Below are positions 34,760 to 44,856 of a stretch of 64,000 bases of DNA, piece after piece. The stretch's first letter is position 1, and the number at the start of each line of letters is the position of its first letter. The notes beneath the pieces were generated by a model that was not told where the DNA came from, made no database searches, and saw only the letters and a list, made by a program, of their open reading frames with translations. The DNA is from an uncultured Weeksellaceae bacterium. GTDB lineage: Bacteria > Bacteroidota > Bacteroidia > Flavobacteriales_D > UBA2798. The stretch spans positions 8,024 through 72,023 of the forward strand of contig CAYWRZ010000007.1 in the NCBI GenBank assembly GCA_964460845.1, read 5' to 3'. Made by a program: the position numbers and the translations under genes.

Positions 34760-35662
34760 ATGAGGCCGCTTTTTTACACGACGCTGCTCCTTTTTTCCCT
34801 TTTTTTCAGTGCCTGCCAGTTGTTTGAGCAGGAAGCTGAGGTGCCTTCTTATATTTACATCAAGCACATCGATTTGGCGACCGATTATCCTTCACAGGGT
34901 TCGGCTTCGCACGAGATTACCGATGCCTGGATCTATATGGACGATAATCCGGTAGGCGTTTTCCCTTTGCCATGCAGGGTCCCCATTTTGGCCGAAGGCG
35001 CGCATAAGATCACCGTATATGCAGGTGTGAAGGCCGATGGTATTGCCAGTCGCCGCAGAATGTATCCTTATTATAAGCCCTTTATCATTTCTTCGTTCGA
35101 GCTGCGTCGTGGAAAGGTGGATACGCTCAATGGGGCAAACCAGCCTGTGGTAGAATATTATCCGACTACCAGTATCAATATCTGGAAAGGCGGCGATTTT
35201 GAAGATCCGGGGGTGGTGTTCGGAGATGATCCGGCCAGCGATACGACGATGGAGCGCACACTCGTTCCGCAGGAAGTGTTTGAAGGCAACGGTTCGGGGA
35301 TAATTACCTTATCGGCTACCCAGTCTCATTTTAAGGCGACTACCGCCGAAGATTTCCGCTTTCCGACCGATGGGCGCCCGGTGTATATGGAGCTCAACTA
35401 CCGCACCAACAACACGTTGAAAGTAGGGCTTACCGCCACCAATCCCGGTGGAACCGTGCACCTCGATAACACCAATATTCGTCCTTCTTTTGACGAGTCG
35501 GGCAATCCTGTTTGGAAAAAAATCTACGTTGATCTTTCAGAACTGGTCAATTACAGCTTTTCCGCCACTTCTTTCGAAGTGTATTTCAGGATGACAAAAG
35601 ATGAAGGGGTGACCGTCCCCATCGCTTACATCGACAATGTAAAACTGGTCTATGGAAAGTAG
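34760..35662 (+). CDS. Hypothetical lipoprotein
   Basis: Lipobox ...LFFSAC. No recognisable domain. Overlaps the downstream sugar transferase gene by 11 nt. Confidence 0.6.
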   Translation: MRPLFYTTLLLFSLFFSACQLFEQEAEVPSYIYIKHIDLATDYPSQGSASHEITDAWIYMDDNPVGVFPLPCRVPILAEGAHKITVYAGVKADGIASRRRMYPYYKPFIISSFELRRGKVDTLNGANQPVVEYYPTTSINIWKGGDFEDPGVVFGDDPASDTTMERTLVPQEVFEGNGSGIITLSATQSHFKATTAEDFRFPTDGRPVYMELNYRTNNTLKVGLTATNPGGTVHLDNTNIRPSFDESGNPVWKKIYVDLSELVNYSFSATSFEVYFRMTKDEGVTVPIAYIDNVKLVYGK

Positions 35663-37058
35663 GGCACGCGTTATTCAGGCTTCGAAGTACGTTATTTCCG
35701 ATTATATCAGCGCCGCGTTCGCCTGGACGCTTTTTTACATGTTCCGCAAGATCAGGATCGAAAAAGCCGAGGTGGTGTTTGATGAAAATTTTTATCTCGG
35801 TCTGCTGTTTATTCCGCTTTGCTGGGTGCTGCTGTATTATCTGACCGGTTACTACCGCGACGTGTTTCGCAAGCACCGTATCAAAGATTTGGGGCAAACG
35901 CTGACCCAGACTTTGGCGGGGGTGCTGGTGCTCTTTTTTGCCTTTATTCTCGACGATCAGGTGGCTTCTTATAAAGATTATTACCTCGCTTTTTTTGCCT
36001 TATTCAGCATTCATTTTATACTCACTTTTCTGCCCCGTATCTTTTTTACCACTCGTCTGGTAAAGCGCATTCACACGCGTAAAATAGGTTTTAACACGCT
36101 GATTGTAGGTGGAAATGCCAACGCATTGCACATTTACCGCGAGATATCGGGTATGAAACAGTCGCCCGGTTACAATTTTGTCGGGTTTGTGAGCATTAAC
36201 GGAGTGGATAATCAGTTGTTAGATACGAATCTGCCTTATTTCGGGAAGTTTTCGGAAGTGCGTAAGGTGCTTGCAGCGCAGAAAGTGGAAGAGGTAATTG
36301 TCGCTATCGAATCGTCGGAACACGAAAGTCTTCGCCGCATACTCAGTGAGATGGAAGGTGAAAAAGTGAAGCTGCACGTAATTCCCGATGTGTATGATAT
36401 TCTTTCGGGTTCGGTGCGCACTACGAACCTTTACAATACGCCGCTTATTACGATCAAATCGGAGCTGATGCCGGCCTGGCAGGTTTCGGTAAAACGGCTG
36501 CTCGATATTCTCATGTCACTGCTTGCACTGATAGTCTGTATCCCTTTGTTTATTGTGATTGCTACCGGGATCAAGCTGACTTCGCGAGGGCCGGTATTTT
36601 TTATACAGGAAAGAGTCGGGCTTAACGGCCGACCTTTTCGCATTATTAAGTTTCGTTCTATGGTTACCAATGCCGAGGCGAATGGTCCGCAGCTTTCCAG
36701 TTCGTACGATGCACGCATTACCCGTATAGGCTCTTTTCTGCGTAAGACGCGTCTCGACGAATTCCCACAATTTTTTAATGTCCTGAAAGGCGATATGTCG
36801 CTCGTAGGGCCACGTCCCGAACGGCAGTTTTATATCGATCAGATAGTGCAAATAGCGCCGCATTACCGTCATTTGCATAAGGTGAGGCCCGGTATTACCT
36901 CGTGGGGACAAGTAAAATACGGCTATGCCGAAAACGTGGATCAGATGATAGAGCGTATGAAATACGACCTGCTGTATATTGAAAACATGTCTTTAGCGCT
37001 CGATTTTAAGATCATGTTTTTTACCGTGCTGATCATTCTGAAAGGAAGCGGGAAATAA
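35652..37058 (+). CDS. Polyprenyl-phosphate glycosyl-1-phosphate transferase (WbaP/exopolysaccharide-initiating sugar transferase family)
   Basis: N-terminal TM bundle and the C-terminal catalytic blocks RPFRIIKFRSM and DEFPQFFNVLKGDMSLVGPRP. Confidence 0.88.
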   Translation: MESRARVIQASKYVISDYISAAFAWTLFYMFRKIRIEKAEVVFDENFYLGLLFIPLCWVLLYYLTGYYRDVFRKHRIKDLGQTLTQTLAGVLVLFFAFILDDQVASYKDYYLAFFALFSIHFILTFLPRIFFTTRLVKRIHTRKIGFNTLIVGGNANALHIYREISGMKQSPGYNFVGFVSINGVDNQLLDTNLPYFGKFSEVRKVLAAQKVEEVIVAIESSEHESLRRILSEMEGEKVKLHVIPDVYDILSGSVRTTNLYNTPLITIKSELMPAWQVSVKRLLDILMSLLALIVCIPLFIVIATGIKLTSRGPVFFIQERVGLNGRPFRIIKFRSMVTNAEANGPQLSSSYDARITRIGSFLRKTRLDEFPQFFNVLKGDMSLVGPRPERQFYIDQIVQIAPHYRHLHKVRPGITSWGQVKYGYAENVDQMIERMKYDLLYIENMSLALDFKIMFFTVLIILKGSGK

Positions 37059-37096
37059 GCTCCGTCCGGTTTTTTACCTGTACTTTTTTCTGTTTT

Positions 37097-39388
37097 TTAC
37101 TCCACTTCGGCCGTTACGATCAACCTTTTATTGGGTGGAAACCCGTTAGAAACCAGTGTAACCGAATGTACCTGCTTGCCCTGATAGCCTTCGGGGTAAA
37201 ACGTGAGGGTCACCTTTGCCGTTTCGCCCGGAGCAATGGCGGTTTTGGGGTAATCGGCGCTTAGGCAGCGGCATTGGATCAGCACATTTTCGATAAGCAG
37301 ATCGGCATCGCCGGTATTTTTCAGCGTAAATACGGCGTTTACAGGGTTGCCTTGCGGTATTTTGCCTAAATCCTGCACTTCGCGATCCATGCGTAGCTCC
37401 GGGATTTTTTCTTCTTTACCGGCGCGTTGTACGGTTTGTATCTCGATTTTTCGTTCGAGCGCGGCCGCCCGGCTATATACAGAGTTTTTCTGATCGTGGA
37501 AATTATCGCTGACCAGGTTACTCGCGGTATATTCTCCGAAGGGAATTTTGACGAAGTAAAGTCGCCCGCCATTGGCCGCATTCCCATCGAGGTAAGGCAA
37601 AAATACGCCTCCTTCGTATTCGCGCAGGTAGTTGATCAGGCTGGCGATACGGCGCTGGGTGAGTCGTACGTTGTAATCCGTTTTGGCCAGCGGACTGGCA
37701 AAGCCTTTGATGGTGAGCTCAATTTTCTGTCCTTTTTCGAGCTCTTGTAGCAGGAGTTGGGTGAATATTTCGAGGTCGGCTACACCCTTATCGGCATAGT
37801 CCATGAAGAAGTTTTCGATGTCTTCGCGTGCAGCGGCTTTCTTTTCTTCGTTCAGCCCTTTGGAGTACTCGTCTTTGTACTTTTCAGTAAGCTGCGAATA
37901 AGCCTGATACGTAGTCATGTAGTTGAGTCGCGTCGTGGTATCATTGCTGCGCGGGTTAGGCTCGTCGTTGTGGAAATAGAGCGTTACGGGCAGGTATTTG
38001 TTGAGGTCTTCGAGCGACTGATAAGGGGTTTCGTCTTCTGTGTTTTCTACGTTCGGAAATTCGACCTGATAAATATCGTTGCAGCAGGTGGGGCCTTTTT
38101 TGTATAACGAACCTTTGCGGTTCGAAGTCAGCAATGCCGTACGATCGAGCGGATAGCTTGCGTAATACATATCGTTCCAACTGGTGTTGATCGGGTAGCC
38201 GAGGTTGATCGGGCTGCCGGGATTAGCAGGAGCGCCGCTCACTTTGAAGATGTCGAATCCGCCGAGTCCTTCGTGCCAGGAAGAACTGAAATAAAGCAGC
38301 TTATCGACGGGATCGTAAAAGGGGCTGATCTCGTCGTCGATAGAATTGACTTTTTTGCCCATGTTTACGGGTTTACCGGGAATACCGTTAGCGATTTCGG
38401 CGTACCATATATCCATTTTTCCCTGTCCTCCGGGCATATCGCTGCTGAAAAAAAGAATTTCGCGTGTATCGACTTGTGCGACCATGGGTTGTGTGGAGGT
38501 ATAGCCTTCGCGGTTCACGTATTTTCCGGCTTCCTGTGGTGTGCTCCAGCGCTTGTTTTCGAAGCGGCTGTATAAAATACGGCAGCGATAGCCGTCATCG
38601 CAGCGCACAAAATAAAAACGTTTTCCGTCGGGACTGAAGCTGCCGTTGGCATTGTGAAAGGCCGCATTATTGACGGTAGTATCAAGGGCTTTCGGAGTAG
38701 AAGGACTTTCGGAGCTGTATATTTTAATTTTATACTGCGGATCGAAGACCTGCAGTTCCTCGTTCATTTTATCGGCGCGCAACGAGGAGAAATACAGCAC
38801 AGTGTCGTGCCGCATGGCGCCAAATTCGGAGTCGAAGGTATTGATGGGACTACCTGCGTTACGGATCGAGAAGCCGAGCGTGTCTTTTCGCATTCGCATG
38901 GCAAAGCTGCAAGATTTGATTTCCTGTCTTGCTTTTTGGTAATAAAACGATTTTTTATCTCTCGAATATTGCCGGCTCACGAGCTTAAAAGTGCGGGTAG
39001 CTTCTTTGTATTTCCCATTGTATTTCTGCATAGTAGCCAGGTGATACGCGCTTAAAGGGAAAATTTTTCCGCCTTCGCGGTAATAAATTTTATCGTAGTA
39101 ATATTCGGCCAATTCGTATTCATTATAGAGGCGCAGGCATTCGGTATATTTCCAAAGTACCTGTATATCGAGACTATCTATATCGAGCGCTTTGCGGTAA
39201 TATACCGATGCGCCGAAATAATCTCCTTTGGTATAATTTTCATCCGCAAATTTTACCAGTTGCCGGTAGGTTTGGGCTTCACTGAGCAATCCTGTGAGCA
39301 GAAAAAACAGCAGTAGCCCTATTTTCGTCAAGCTTGCCCTTTGTGGCAGCGCGAAAGAAAGTCGGTCGAAAAAAGGCTTGCTGTTCAT
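37097..39388 (-). CDS. Multidomain envelope protein: TPR + PD40/TolB-like + OmpA-like + C-terminal DUF1573
   Basis: TPR-like N-terminus, PD40-type units (DGKRFYFVR, LLYFSS), OmpA-like KGFASPLAKTDYNVRLTQRRIASL, and DUF1573-like FTLKNTGDADLLIENV...APGETAKVTLTF. Confidence 0.75.
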   Translation of the reverse strand: MNSKPFFDRLSFALPQRASLTKIGLLLFFLLTGLLSEAQTYRQLVKFADENYTKGDYFGASVYYRKALDIDSLDIQVLWKYTECLRLYNEYELAEYYYDKIYYREGGKIFPLSAYHLATMQKYNGKYKEATRTFKLVSRQYSRDKKSFYYQKARQEIKSCSFAMRMRKDTLGFSIRNAGSPINTFDSEFGAMRHDTVLYFSSLRADKMNEELQVFDPQYKIKIYSSESPSTPKALDTTVNNAAFHNANGSFSPDGKRFYFVRCDDGYRCRILYSRFENKRWSTPQEAGKYVNREGYTSTQPMVAQVDTREILFFSSDMPGGQGKMDIWYAEIANGIPGKPVNMGKKVNSIDDEISPFYDPVDKLLYFSSSWHEGLGGFDIFKVSGAPANPGSPINLGYPINTSWNDMYYASYPLDRTALLTSNRKGSLYKKGPTCCNDIYQVEFPNVENTEDETPYQSLEDLNKYLPVTLYFHNDEPNPRSNDTTTRLNYMTTYQAYSQLTEKYKDEYSKGLNEEKKAAAREDIENFFMDYADKGVADLEIFTQLLLQELEKGQKIELTIKGFASPLAKTDYNVRLTQRRIASLINYLREYEGGVFLPYLDGNAANGGRLYFVKIPFGEYTASNLVSDNFHDQKNSVYSRAAALERKIEIQTVQRAGKEEKIPELRMDREVQDLGKIPQGNPVNAVFTLKNTGDADLLIENVLIQCRCLSADYPKTAIAPGETAKVTLTFYPEGYQGKQVHSVTLVSNGFPPNKRLIVTAEVE

Positions 39389-39406
39389 ACGTATTTAGGG
39401 GCAATT

Positions 39407-40426
39407 TCAGATGTAGTCGGGGCAAATGCGGTGCTGCACGCGTTTGGGACGAAATACGCTCAGCGTACGGATTACGGAAAATTCGAGTCCACCGCGATAC
39501 CGGCTGGCGGGTACGAGATCAGAGAGGTTGATGTCGTAGCTGATACCGGCTATCCACTGGTCGTAATCGAGTCCGACCGAAAGGTAGCCTGCATCGCCGC
39601 TCCGGTAAAAGATACCGGCACGTAATGCGCGATAAACTCCTTTTTCCCGGACAATCACATAGCGCATTTGGCTTCCGGCTATCAGTTCGCGGTATTTGCC
39701 CTGAAACTGCAGCAATACCGAGGGAATGAGTTCGATTTTTTCATTGAGAGCATAGTTGAGCATACCGTGCACGTTGACCCTTCGATCGAGGGTTACTGAA
39801 TTGACTTCAAAATAGCTTTGTCGCGGCTTGGTGAGGTTCGCAATTCCGATTCCGGCCTGAATGAAGTTGCGTTCGCTCAGGGATTTGAAGTAGCCTATGC
39901 CGAATTGCAGGTTGAGGTAGGTACGGCTTTCACGGGCCAGTACTTCGCCGGTAGGGAGTGAGGCATTGTATTGATAGCCGTCGTATTGGTTGTCGAAGCG
40001 CAGGGCGGCATCGCTCAGGTTGCGGTTAGTGACACCTGCCAGCGCACCGAAAGAGAGGCGACTGCTGCTGTCGGCGCCCAGGGGCAGAAGGTAGGCGCCG
40101 GTAAAATTGAGCTGGAAAGTCCGAAAGCGTGAATCGCCGGCTATGTCGTGGTTAAGCTGTACACCGGCGGCTATGTTTTTTTGCTGAAAAGGCTGGAACG
40201 CGTCGGCCGACAGGGAAAACGTGGAGTAGGGTACCGTTACCGAGCGCCATTGTGTACGTTGGTTGGCGGCGAAGCGGTAATCGCCGTCGAACATTCCGGT
40301 CAGCGCGGGGTTAAGATTGAGCGGGGAATAGTCAAATTGGGAGTAATGGATATCCTGCGCGTGCAGATGTAGGCCTGCGCACGAGAAGAGTAAAATCCCG
40401 ATGCTTTGGTGTAAAAAATGTTTCAA
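39407..40426 (-). CDS. PorP/SprF-family type IX secretion system membrane protein
   Basis: Signature N-terminus AQDIHYSQFDYSPLNLNPALTG after a signal peptide; beta-barrel-like remainder. Confidence 0.85.
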   Translation of the reverse strand: MKHFLHQSIGILLFSCAGLHLHAQDIHYSQFDYSPLNLNPALTGMFDGDYRFAANQRTQWRSVTVPYSTFSLSADAFQPFQQKNIAAGVQLNHDIAGDSRFRTFQLNFTGAYLLPLGADSSSRLSFGALAGVTNRNLSDAALRFDNQYDGYQYNASLPTGEVLARESRTYLNLQFGIGYFKSLSERNFIQAGIGIANLTKPRQSYFEVNSVTLDRRVNVHGMLNYALNEKIELIPSVLLQFQGKYRELIAGSQMRYVIVREKGVYRALRAGIFYRSGDAGYLSVGLDYDQWIAGISYDINLSDLVPASRYRGGLEFSVIRTLSVFRPKRVQHRICPDYI

Positions 40427-40483
40427 TCCCCTTCCCTGTATTCAGCTAAAGGTAGCAAATCGGGAGGAGCAAACAAAACCGTT

Positions 40484-40753
40484 TTATGCCAGTGCGTTGA
40501 CCTGATCTATAAAGTCGGGCAGCTTGTTTTCGAGCTCCTGGCGCAGGGTTTTCAGCTCTTTGCCCTGGGCTTTGCGGCCTTTAGATTGATTTACCCGCGT
40601 GATCAGATCGTTGCGGAGGGCAATGGTATCGTTGAGCAGCGGTGTTACCTTTTCGTCGGGCAGGTTATTGAGCTCGCGCAGTGTGAGGCATTCGTCAATG
40701 ATGTCGAAGCATACTGCGTTGATGATGTCTTTCAGTTCTTTTTTACTGGCCAT
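40484..40753 (-). CDS. Small helical hypothetical protein (89 aa)
   Basis: Coherent charged, helical sequence. The overlapping + strand ORF 40418..40894 looks like an antisense shadow. A TACCTTTG box on the minus strand is at 40790-40797. Confidence 0.5.
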   Translation of the reverse strand: MASKKELKDIINAVCFDIIDECLTLRELNNLPDEKVTPLLNDTIALRNDLITRVNQSKGRKAQGKELKTLRQELENKLPDFIDQVNALA

Positions 40754-41041
40754 GATAATTGCTTAAATGCGAAGAAAATGAAGCGGAGACAAAGGTACAA
40801 AATCAAATGGCAACCCTTGGGCGGGGCGGGAGTTTTTGTACCGAAAGCGTATTTTCGGAGAGGGGGTAAGGGAAGACACGGAGTTATTTTATAGAAAATG
40901 AGGGAATTATAATAGTAATAGTCACTCTATAAAGCTTGCTATAGTCGCGTATGCCGGAAAAGAATTGAGATATTTTTTTGGGTTTTATAGTTTCTTTATC
41001 TATCTTGCCCCGTATTTTATTTAATCATTCAATCCACGAAC

Positions 41042-41326
41042 ATGAATCTTTATGTCGGAAACCTTGATTATACTATCAGGGAAGAACAGCTCAAGGAGCT
41101 TTTCGAACAAGTTGGCGAAGTTGTATCTGTGAAAATCATTACGGACAAAATGACCGGTCGTAGCAAAGGTTTTGCCTTTGTTGAAATGGGTGATGTCCAG
41201 GCTGGTCAGCAGGCTATCGCGCAACTGAACGGTAAAGCTTTGAAAAACAGAGACATTACTGTTACCGAAGCTCGTCCGAAGCCCGAAGGACAATCAAGGC
41301 CGAACAACCGGTATAATAAATATTAA
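41042..41326 (+). CDS. RRM-type RNA-binding protein
   Basis: RNP2 LYVGNL and RNP1 KGFAFVEM; 94 aa. Confidence 0.92.
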   Translation: MNLYVGNLDYTIREEQLKELFEQVGEVVSVKIITDKMTGRSKGFAFVEMGDVQAGQQAIAQLNGKALKNRDITVTEARPKPEGQSRPNNRYNKY

Positions 41327-41415
41327 TCCGGCTGCTTAACGCACTGGCCGGGCACTAAAAGCCGGCCGATTTCTTTTCTCTGGAACTTTCCGGATTTTCA
41401 ACCTGCAATTTTGAG

Positions 41416-41450
41416 ACGGACTTTAACCTTTGGTTAGAGTCCGTTTTTTT
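41416..41450 (+). terminator. Rho-independent terminator of the RRM gene
   Basis: 13-bp stem ACGGACTTTAACC/GGTTAGAGTCCGT (one mismatch), 3-nt loop, then TTTTTTT. Confidence 0.75.
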
Positions 41451-41464
41451 ATGCCCGTATTTTT

Positions 41465-42229
41465 TTAGTTGATTCCTCTTTCTTTGCGAATGGCTTCGTA
41501 GGCTTCCTGTACGTGCTGAAATTTTTCTTTCGCCGCTTTTTGGTGGTCTTCACCCAAGTGCCCCACTTTGTCGGGGTGGTATTTTACAGCCATACGGCGA
41601 TATGCTTTTTTCACATCGTCGTCGTTGGCCTCGGGCGCTATTTCCAAAATTTTGTAAGCGCTGCCCGTGTCTTTGACAAACATCGCTTTGATCGATTCAA
41701 AGTCGCGGTGATTGATGGCCAGCAGACGTGCAATTTCTTCCAGCACCCGTAGCTCGGGGGTATCTGCTTTTCCGTCTGAAGCTGCTACGCCGAAAAGATA
41801 ATGCAACAGTTGCAAGCGAAGCGGGTGTTCCATGTAATACCGAATTTCTTCGCATACCGGCCTTAGCGGAATGTCTTTTTCGAGCAGATCTTTCAGAATA
41901 AGCAGTTGTTGCTGGGCGTATTGCGGACCGAATTGTCGTCCGAAAAAATTACGTACATATTCTACTTCCGAGCGCATCACTTTGCCGTCGGCTTTCATAA
42001 CTACGGCGGTGAGTACCAGTAGTGAAGCGTTAAAATCGCCCCTTGCGGTATGGTAACGGTAACTTTCTCTGCGTGATTGTTGATCCTGCGTGGTAGTGGT
42101 CGGTGTGCCGCTCAGGTTAATATTGTCGAACATACTGCCTATGGCAAAGCCGAGAATAGCGCCTATGGGATTTCCGCCCCCCAGCACCCATCCCAGTCCT
42201 CCTCCGATCCACTTTCCGTATTTAGCCAT
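41465..42229 (-). CDS. DjlA-like co-chaperone (Gly-rich membrane anchor + TerB-like domain + C-terminal J domain)
   Basis: N-terminal GGLGWVLGGGNPIGAILGFAIG and a C-terminal J domain YKILEIAPEANDDDVKKAYRRMAVKYHPDK. Confidence 0.75.
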   Translation of the reverse strand: MAKYGKWIGGGLGWVLGGGNPIGAILGFAIGSMFDNINLSGTPTTTTQDQQSRRESYRYHTARGDFNASLLVLTAVVMKADGKVMRSEVEYVRNFFGRQFGPQYAQQQLLILKDLLEKDIPLRPVCEEIRYYMEHPLRLQLLHYLFGVAASDGKADTPELRVLEEIARLLAINHRDFESIKAMFVKDTGSAYKILEIAPEANDDDVKKAYRRMAVKYHPDKVGHLGEDHQKAAKEKFQHVQEAYEAIRKERGIN

Positions 42230-42292
42230 ATCTTTAGCTTATCCCCTTAAAAAATTGCAGGTCAAAAATAACATTTTAAAAAAGAAAGCCTG

Positions 42293-42721
42293 ATGCCTAT
42301 CGGTATTACGCCTTATAAAGTGGACTCGCCGTCCTTCCCTTCCTCGGGGACATATTATTTTACGAGCGATTCGGGCATGACGTACGAGGTTCGTTTTGCG
42401 CGTAAGCAGGATGACAGGCTGTATGCCCTGGTGGCTTTTGGTGTGCTTAATGAAGAATTTGAGGGTGAGGAATATGCCTTAACCAATCGGGGCGAAGCAT
42501 ACCGGGTGATGGCTACCGTAGTATCGGTCGTGAAAATGTATTTGGCTGCCCAGCCTCATTTGCGGGTCATAGCGTTTGCCGCTGAACCGAAAGATTCAGA
42601 AACTCCGGGAGTATCTAATCAGCGTTTGCGGTTTTACCGCAGGTACCTGGAGGAAATTTTCGGAGCGGAATGGCTGATTCAGGAGAATGGCGATCGGATG
42701 GAGATTTTGCGTCAGCGCTGA
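42293..42721 (+). CDS. Hypothetical protein (142 aa)
   Basis: ATG-initiated ORF with no competing ORF and no recognisable motif. Confidence 0.5.
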   Translation: MPIGITPYKVDSPSFPSSGTYYFTSDSGMTYEVRFARKQDDRLYALVAFGVLNEEFEGEEYALTNRGEAYRVMATVVSVVKMYLAAQPHLRVIAFAAEPKDSETPGVSNQRLRFYRRYLEEIFGAEWLIQENGDRMEILRQR

Positions 42722-42723
42722 GC

Positions 42724-43626
42724 TTATTTTGCGTTCATAATACGCTGGTACCTGTTCAGGTTAGCCGGGTCCATTTGTTTGCAGAGGTTAAATACCTGTT
42801 GTTTTTCTTCGGCGGTAGCTTGCGAAAAAAGGTCGATCAGCTCGTTGGCTTTGGTAGAAAAAAAGAGCTGGATATTGAAAGAACCGGGGCGCGTTTTATG
42901 CACTTCCAAAATTTCGTTGAGTGCCAAAATCACTGATTTTCGGCCTTCTACAAAGTTATCGTACATCCGGTCGAAGCCGTTGCGGTGGTAATTGTAAAAT
43001 GCCGAGCGCAGGGGTTTAAATACCGACTGCTGTGCATTGTCCACCAGCCAGTAGCGATTGCGATCGCCTTCGAAGGCTTTCCATCCGGGCTCGGCCGCGC
43101 CCTGTGCGTTGTTCACGATTTGTTGTGCGCGTACAAAATAACGGGAGCCGCCTTCGGGCGAAAAGGTATCGTAATCGTAAGCGATGATCATGTAAGCGTA
43201 AAAAGCCAGCATGGAGGTCAGGTTCGAACGGTGCTGATCGATCGAAAACAGCAGTGCGGCACCGCGTTCGTAGCGGAACTTGCAGTTGTCGTCCACATAG
43301 TTAAGTATGGTGGTGCTGTAGCTGGAGTTAAATACCGGGCGCCGGGAAGTGACCTGCATGGTGCCTCCGTACTCATCGACGGCGGGCTGCTCGCTGATAT
43401 TTATCAGGATATTACATTCGATCTTTTCGTTGTCTTTGAACGTTTCGCCGGTCCAGCGGGTGTTGTTCATGAATTCTGTCAGCGTCTGTTGGAGTTGTTC
43501 CAGGGCTTGTTTGTCGGAAGCGGAAGTTTGCAGCGAAGGGGAGATCACCTGTACTTTGCAGTTGAGCTCCTGCGCATAAAGCGGTGCCGATAGGGCGGCC
43601 AAGGCGATAAACAGCAGTTTTTTCAT
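42724..43626 (-). CDS. DUF4835-family protein (labelled PorD in some annotation pipelines)
   Basis: Signal peptide MKKLLFIALAALSAPLYAQ, then ELNCKVQVISP.... Its start overlaps the coaBC stop (ATGA). The position downstream of coaBC is conserved in Bacteroidota, from memory. Confidence 0.6.
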   Translation of the reverse strand: MKKLLFIALAALSAPLYAQELNCKVQVISPSLQTSASDKQALEQLQQTLTEFMNNTRWTGETFKDNEKIECNILINISEQPAVDEYGGTMQVTSRRPVFNSSYSTTILNYVDDNCKFRYERGAALLFSIDQHRSNLTSMLAFYAYMIIAYDYDTFSPEGGSRYFVRAQQIVNNAQGAAEPGWKAFEGDRNRYWLVDNAQQSVFKPLRSAFYNYHRNGFDRMYDNFVEGRKSVILALNEILEVHKTRPGSFNIQLFFSTKANELIDLFSQATAEEKQQVFNLCKQMDPANLNRYQRIMNAK

Positions 43627-44822
43627 GGCTTTTCTTCCAGCAGAAACGACCAAATATCGGCGGCCGCATCCTGCTTCGATTTCAACTCGAATTTACGGAT
43701 TTTATTGTGCTTTCCGAGGACTGTAATCTTATTGGTATCGTGTCCGAATCCGGCGCCTTCGTCGCGCAGCGAGTTGAGCACGATGGCGTCGAGGTTTTTA
43801 GATTCTAATTTTTTGCGGGCATTTTCCAGCTCGTTATCCGTTTCGAGCGCAAAGCCTACAAGGGTTTGTCCTGCTTTTTTTTGTGTGCCGAGGTAACGTA
43901 GTATATCGGTGGTGGCTTCGAGCGAAAGCTGCAGGGTGGCTTCACTTTTTTTGATTTTTTTGTCCGCCACCTGTACGGGTCGGTAATCGGCTACTGCGGC
44001 GGCCATCAGTGTGATGTCGGCGTCTGGAAAATGAGCTTTACAAGCTTCCAGCATATCTTGCGCGGAGCTGACAGAGATGCGTTCGATGGCGGGGTGGGAG
44101 GGCTGGGCCGAAGGTCCGCTTATAAGTACTACACGGGCACCCAGTTCCAGCGCTTTTTCGGCCAGGGCGATTCCCATTTTACCGGTGCTGTGATTGCCTA
44201 TGAAACGTACGGGGTCTATGGCTTCGTAAGTGGGACCAGCGGTGACGAGCACTTTTTTACCGCTCAGCGTTTTTTTTTTGCTGAAAAAGCCGATCAGCGT
44301 ATCTAGAATTTCTTCGGGTTCGGCCATTCTGCCTTCGCCGGTTAATCCGCTGGCCAGCTCACCGTATCCCGGTTGGATGAGGTGAGTGCCGTAAGTCTTC
44401 AGCTTATCGAGATTGGCTTGTGTAGCGGGATGCCTGAGCATATCCAAATCCATAGCCGGGGCTACCCATACCGGGCAGCGTGCCGAAAGCCATGTAGCCA
44501 GCAGCAGGTTATCGCAGTTACCCAGTGCCATTTTCGCCAGGGTATTGGCAGAGGCAGGGGCTATGACCAGCGCATCGGCTTCTAAGCCGAGGGCTACGTG
44601 GTTGTTCCATTCGCCGGTATCGGGAGAGGCTGTGAAGCGGCTCAGCACCGGGTTTTTAGAAAGCGTAGAAAGGGTAAGCGGGGTAATAAAGTCAGCGGCC
44701 TGCGGGGTCATAATAACCTGCACGGAAGCGCCGTTTTTGACGAGCAGACGGGTAAGGAAAGCGGCTTTGTATGCGGCTATGCTGCCTGTCACTCCGAGCA
44801 CTATTTTTTTTCCGCTCAGCAT
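43623..44822 (-). CDS. coaBC: Bifunctional phosphopantothenoylcysteine decarboxylase / phosphopantothenate-cysteine ligase
   Basis: GKKIVLGVTGSIAAYKA flavoprotein N-terminus and the C-terminal ligase block VRFIGNHSTGKMG; 399 aa. Confidence 0.93.
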   Translation of the reverse strand: MLSGKKIVLGVTGSIAAYKAAFLTRLLVKNGASVQVIMTPQAADFITPLTLSTLSKNPVLSRFTASPDTGEWNNHVALGLEADALVIAPASANTLAKMALGNCDNLLLATWLSARCPVWVAPAMDLDMLRHPATQANLDKLKTYGTHLIQPGYGELASGLTGEGRMAEPEEILDTLIGFFSKKKTLSGKKVLVTAGPTYEAIDPVRFIGNHSTGKMGIALAEKALELGARVVLISGPSAQPSHPAIERISVSSAQDMLEACKAHFPDADITLMAAAVADYRPVQVADKKIKKSEATLQLSLEATTDILRYLGTQKKAGQTLVGFALETDNELENARKKLESKNLDAIVLNSLRDEGAGFGHDTNKITVLGKHNKIRKFELKSKQDAAADIWSFLLEEKP

Positions 44823-44856
44823 ATTAACAAGCTATAAAGATAGGAAAAGGAAGCTA

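Noticed and set aside
40418-40894. 158-aa ORF on the + strand overlapping the 89-aa gene
   Set aside because: The composition looks like an antisense shadow, and it would begin inside the PorP gene's start region. The minus-strand 89-aa frame is coherent and has its own TAnnTTTG box.
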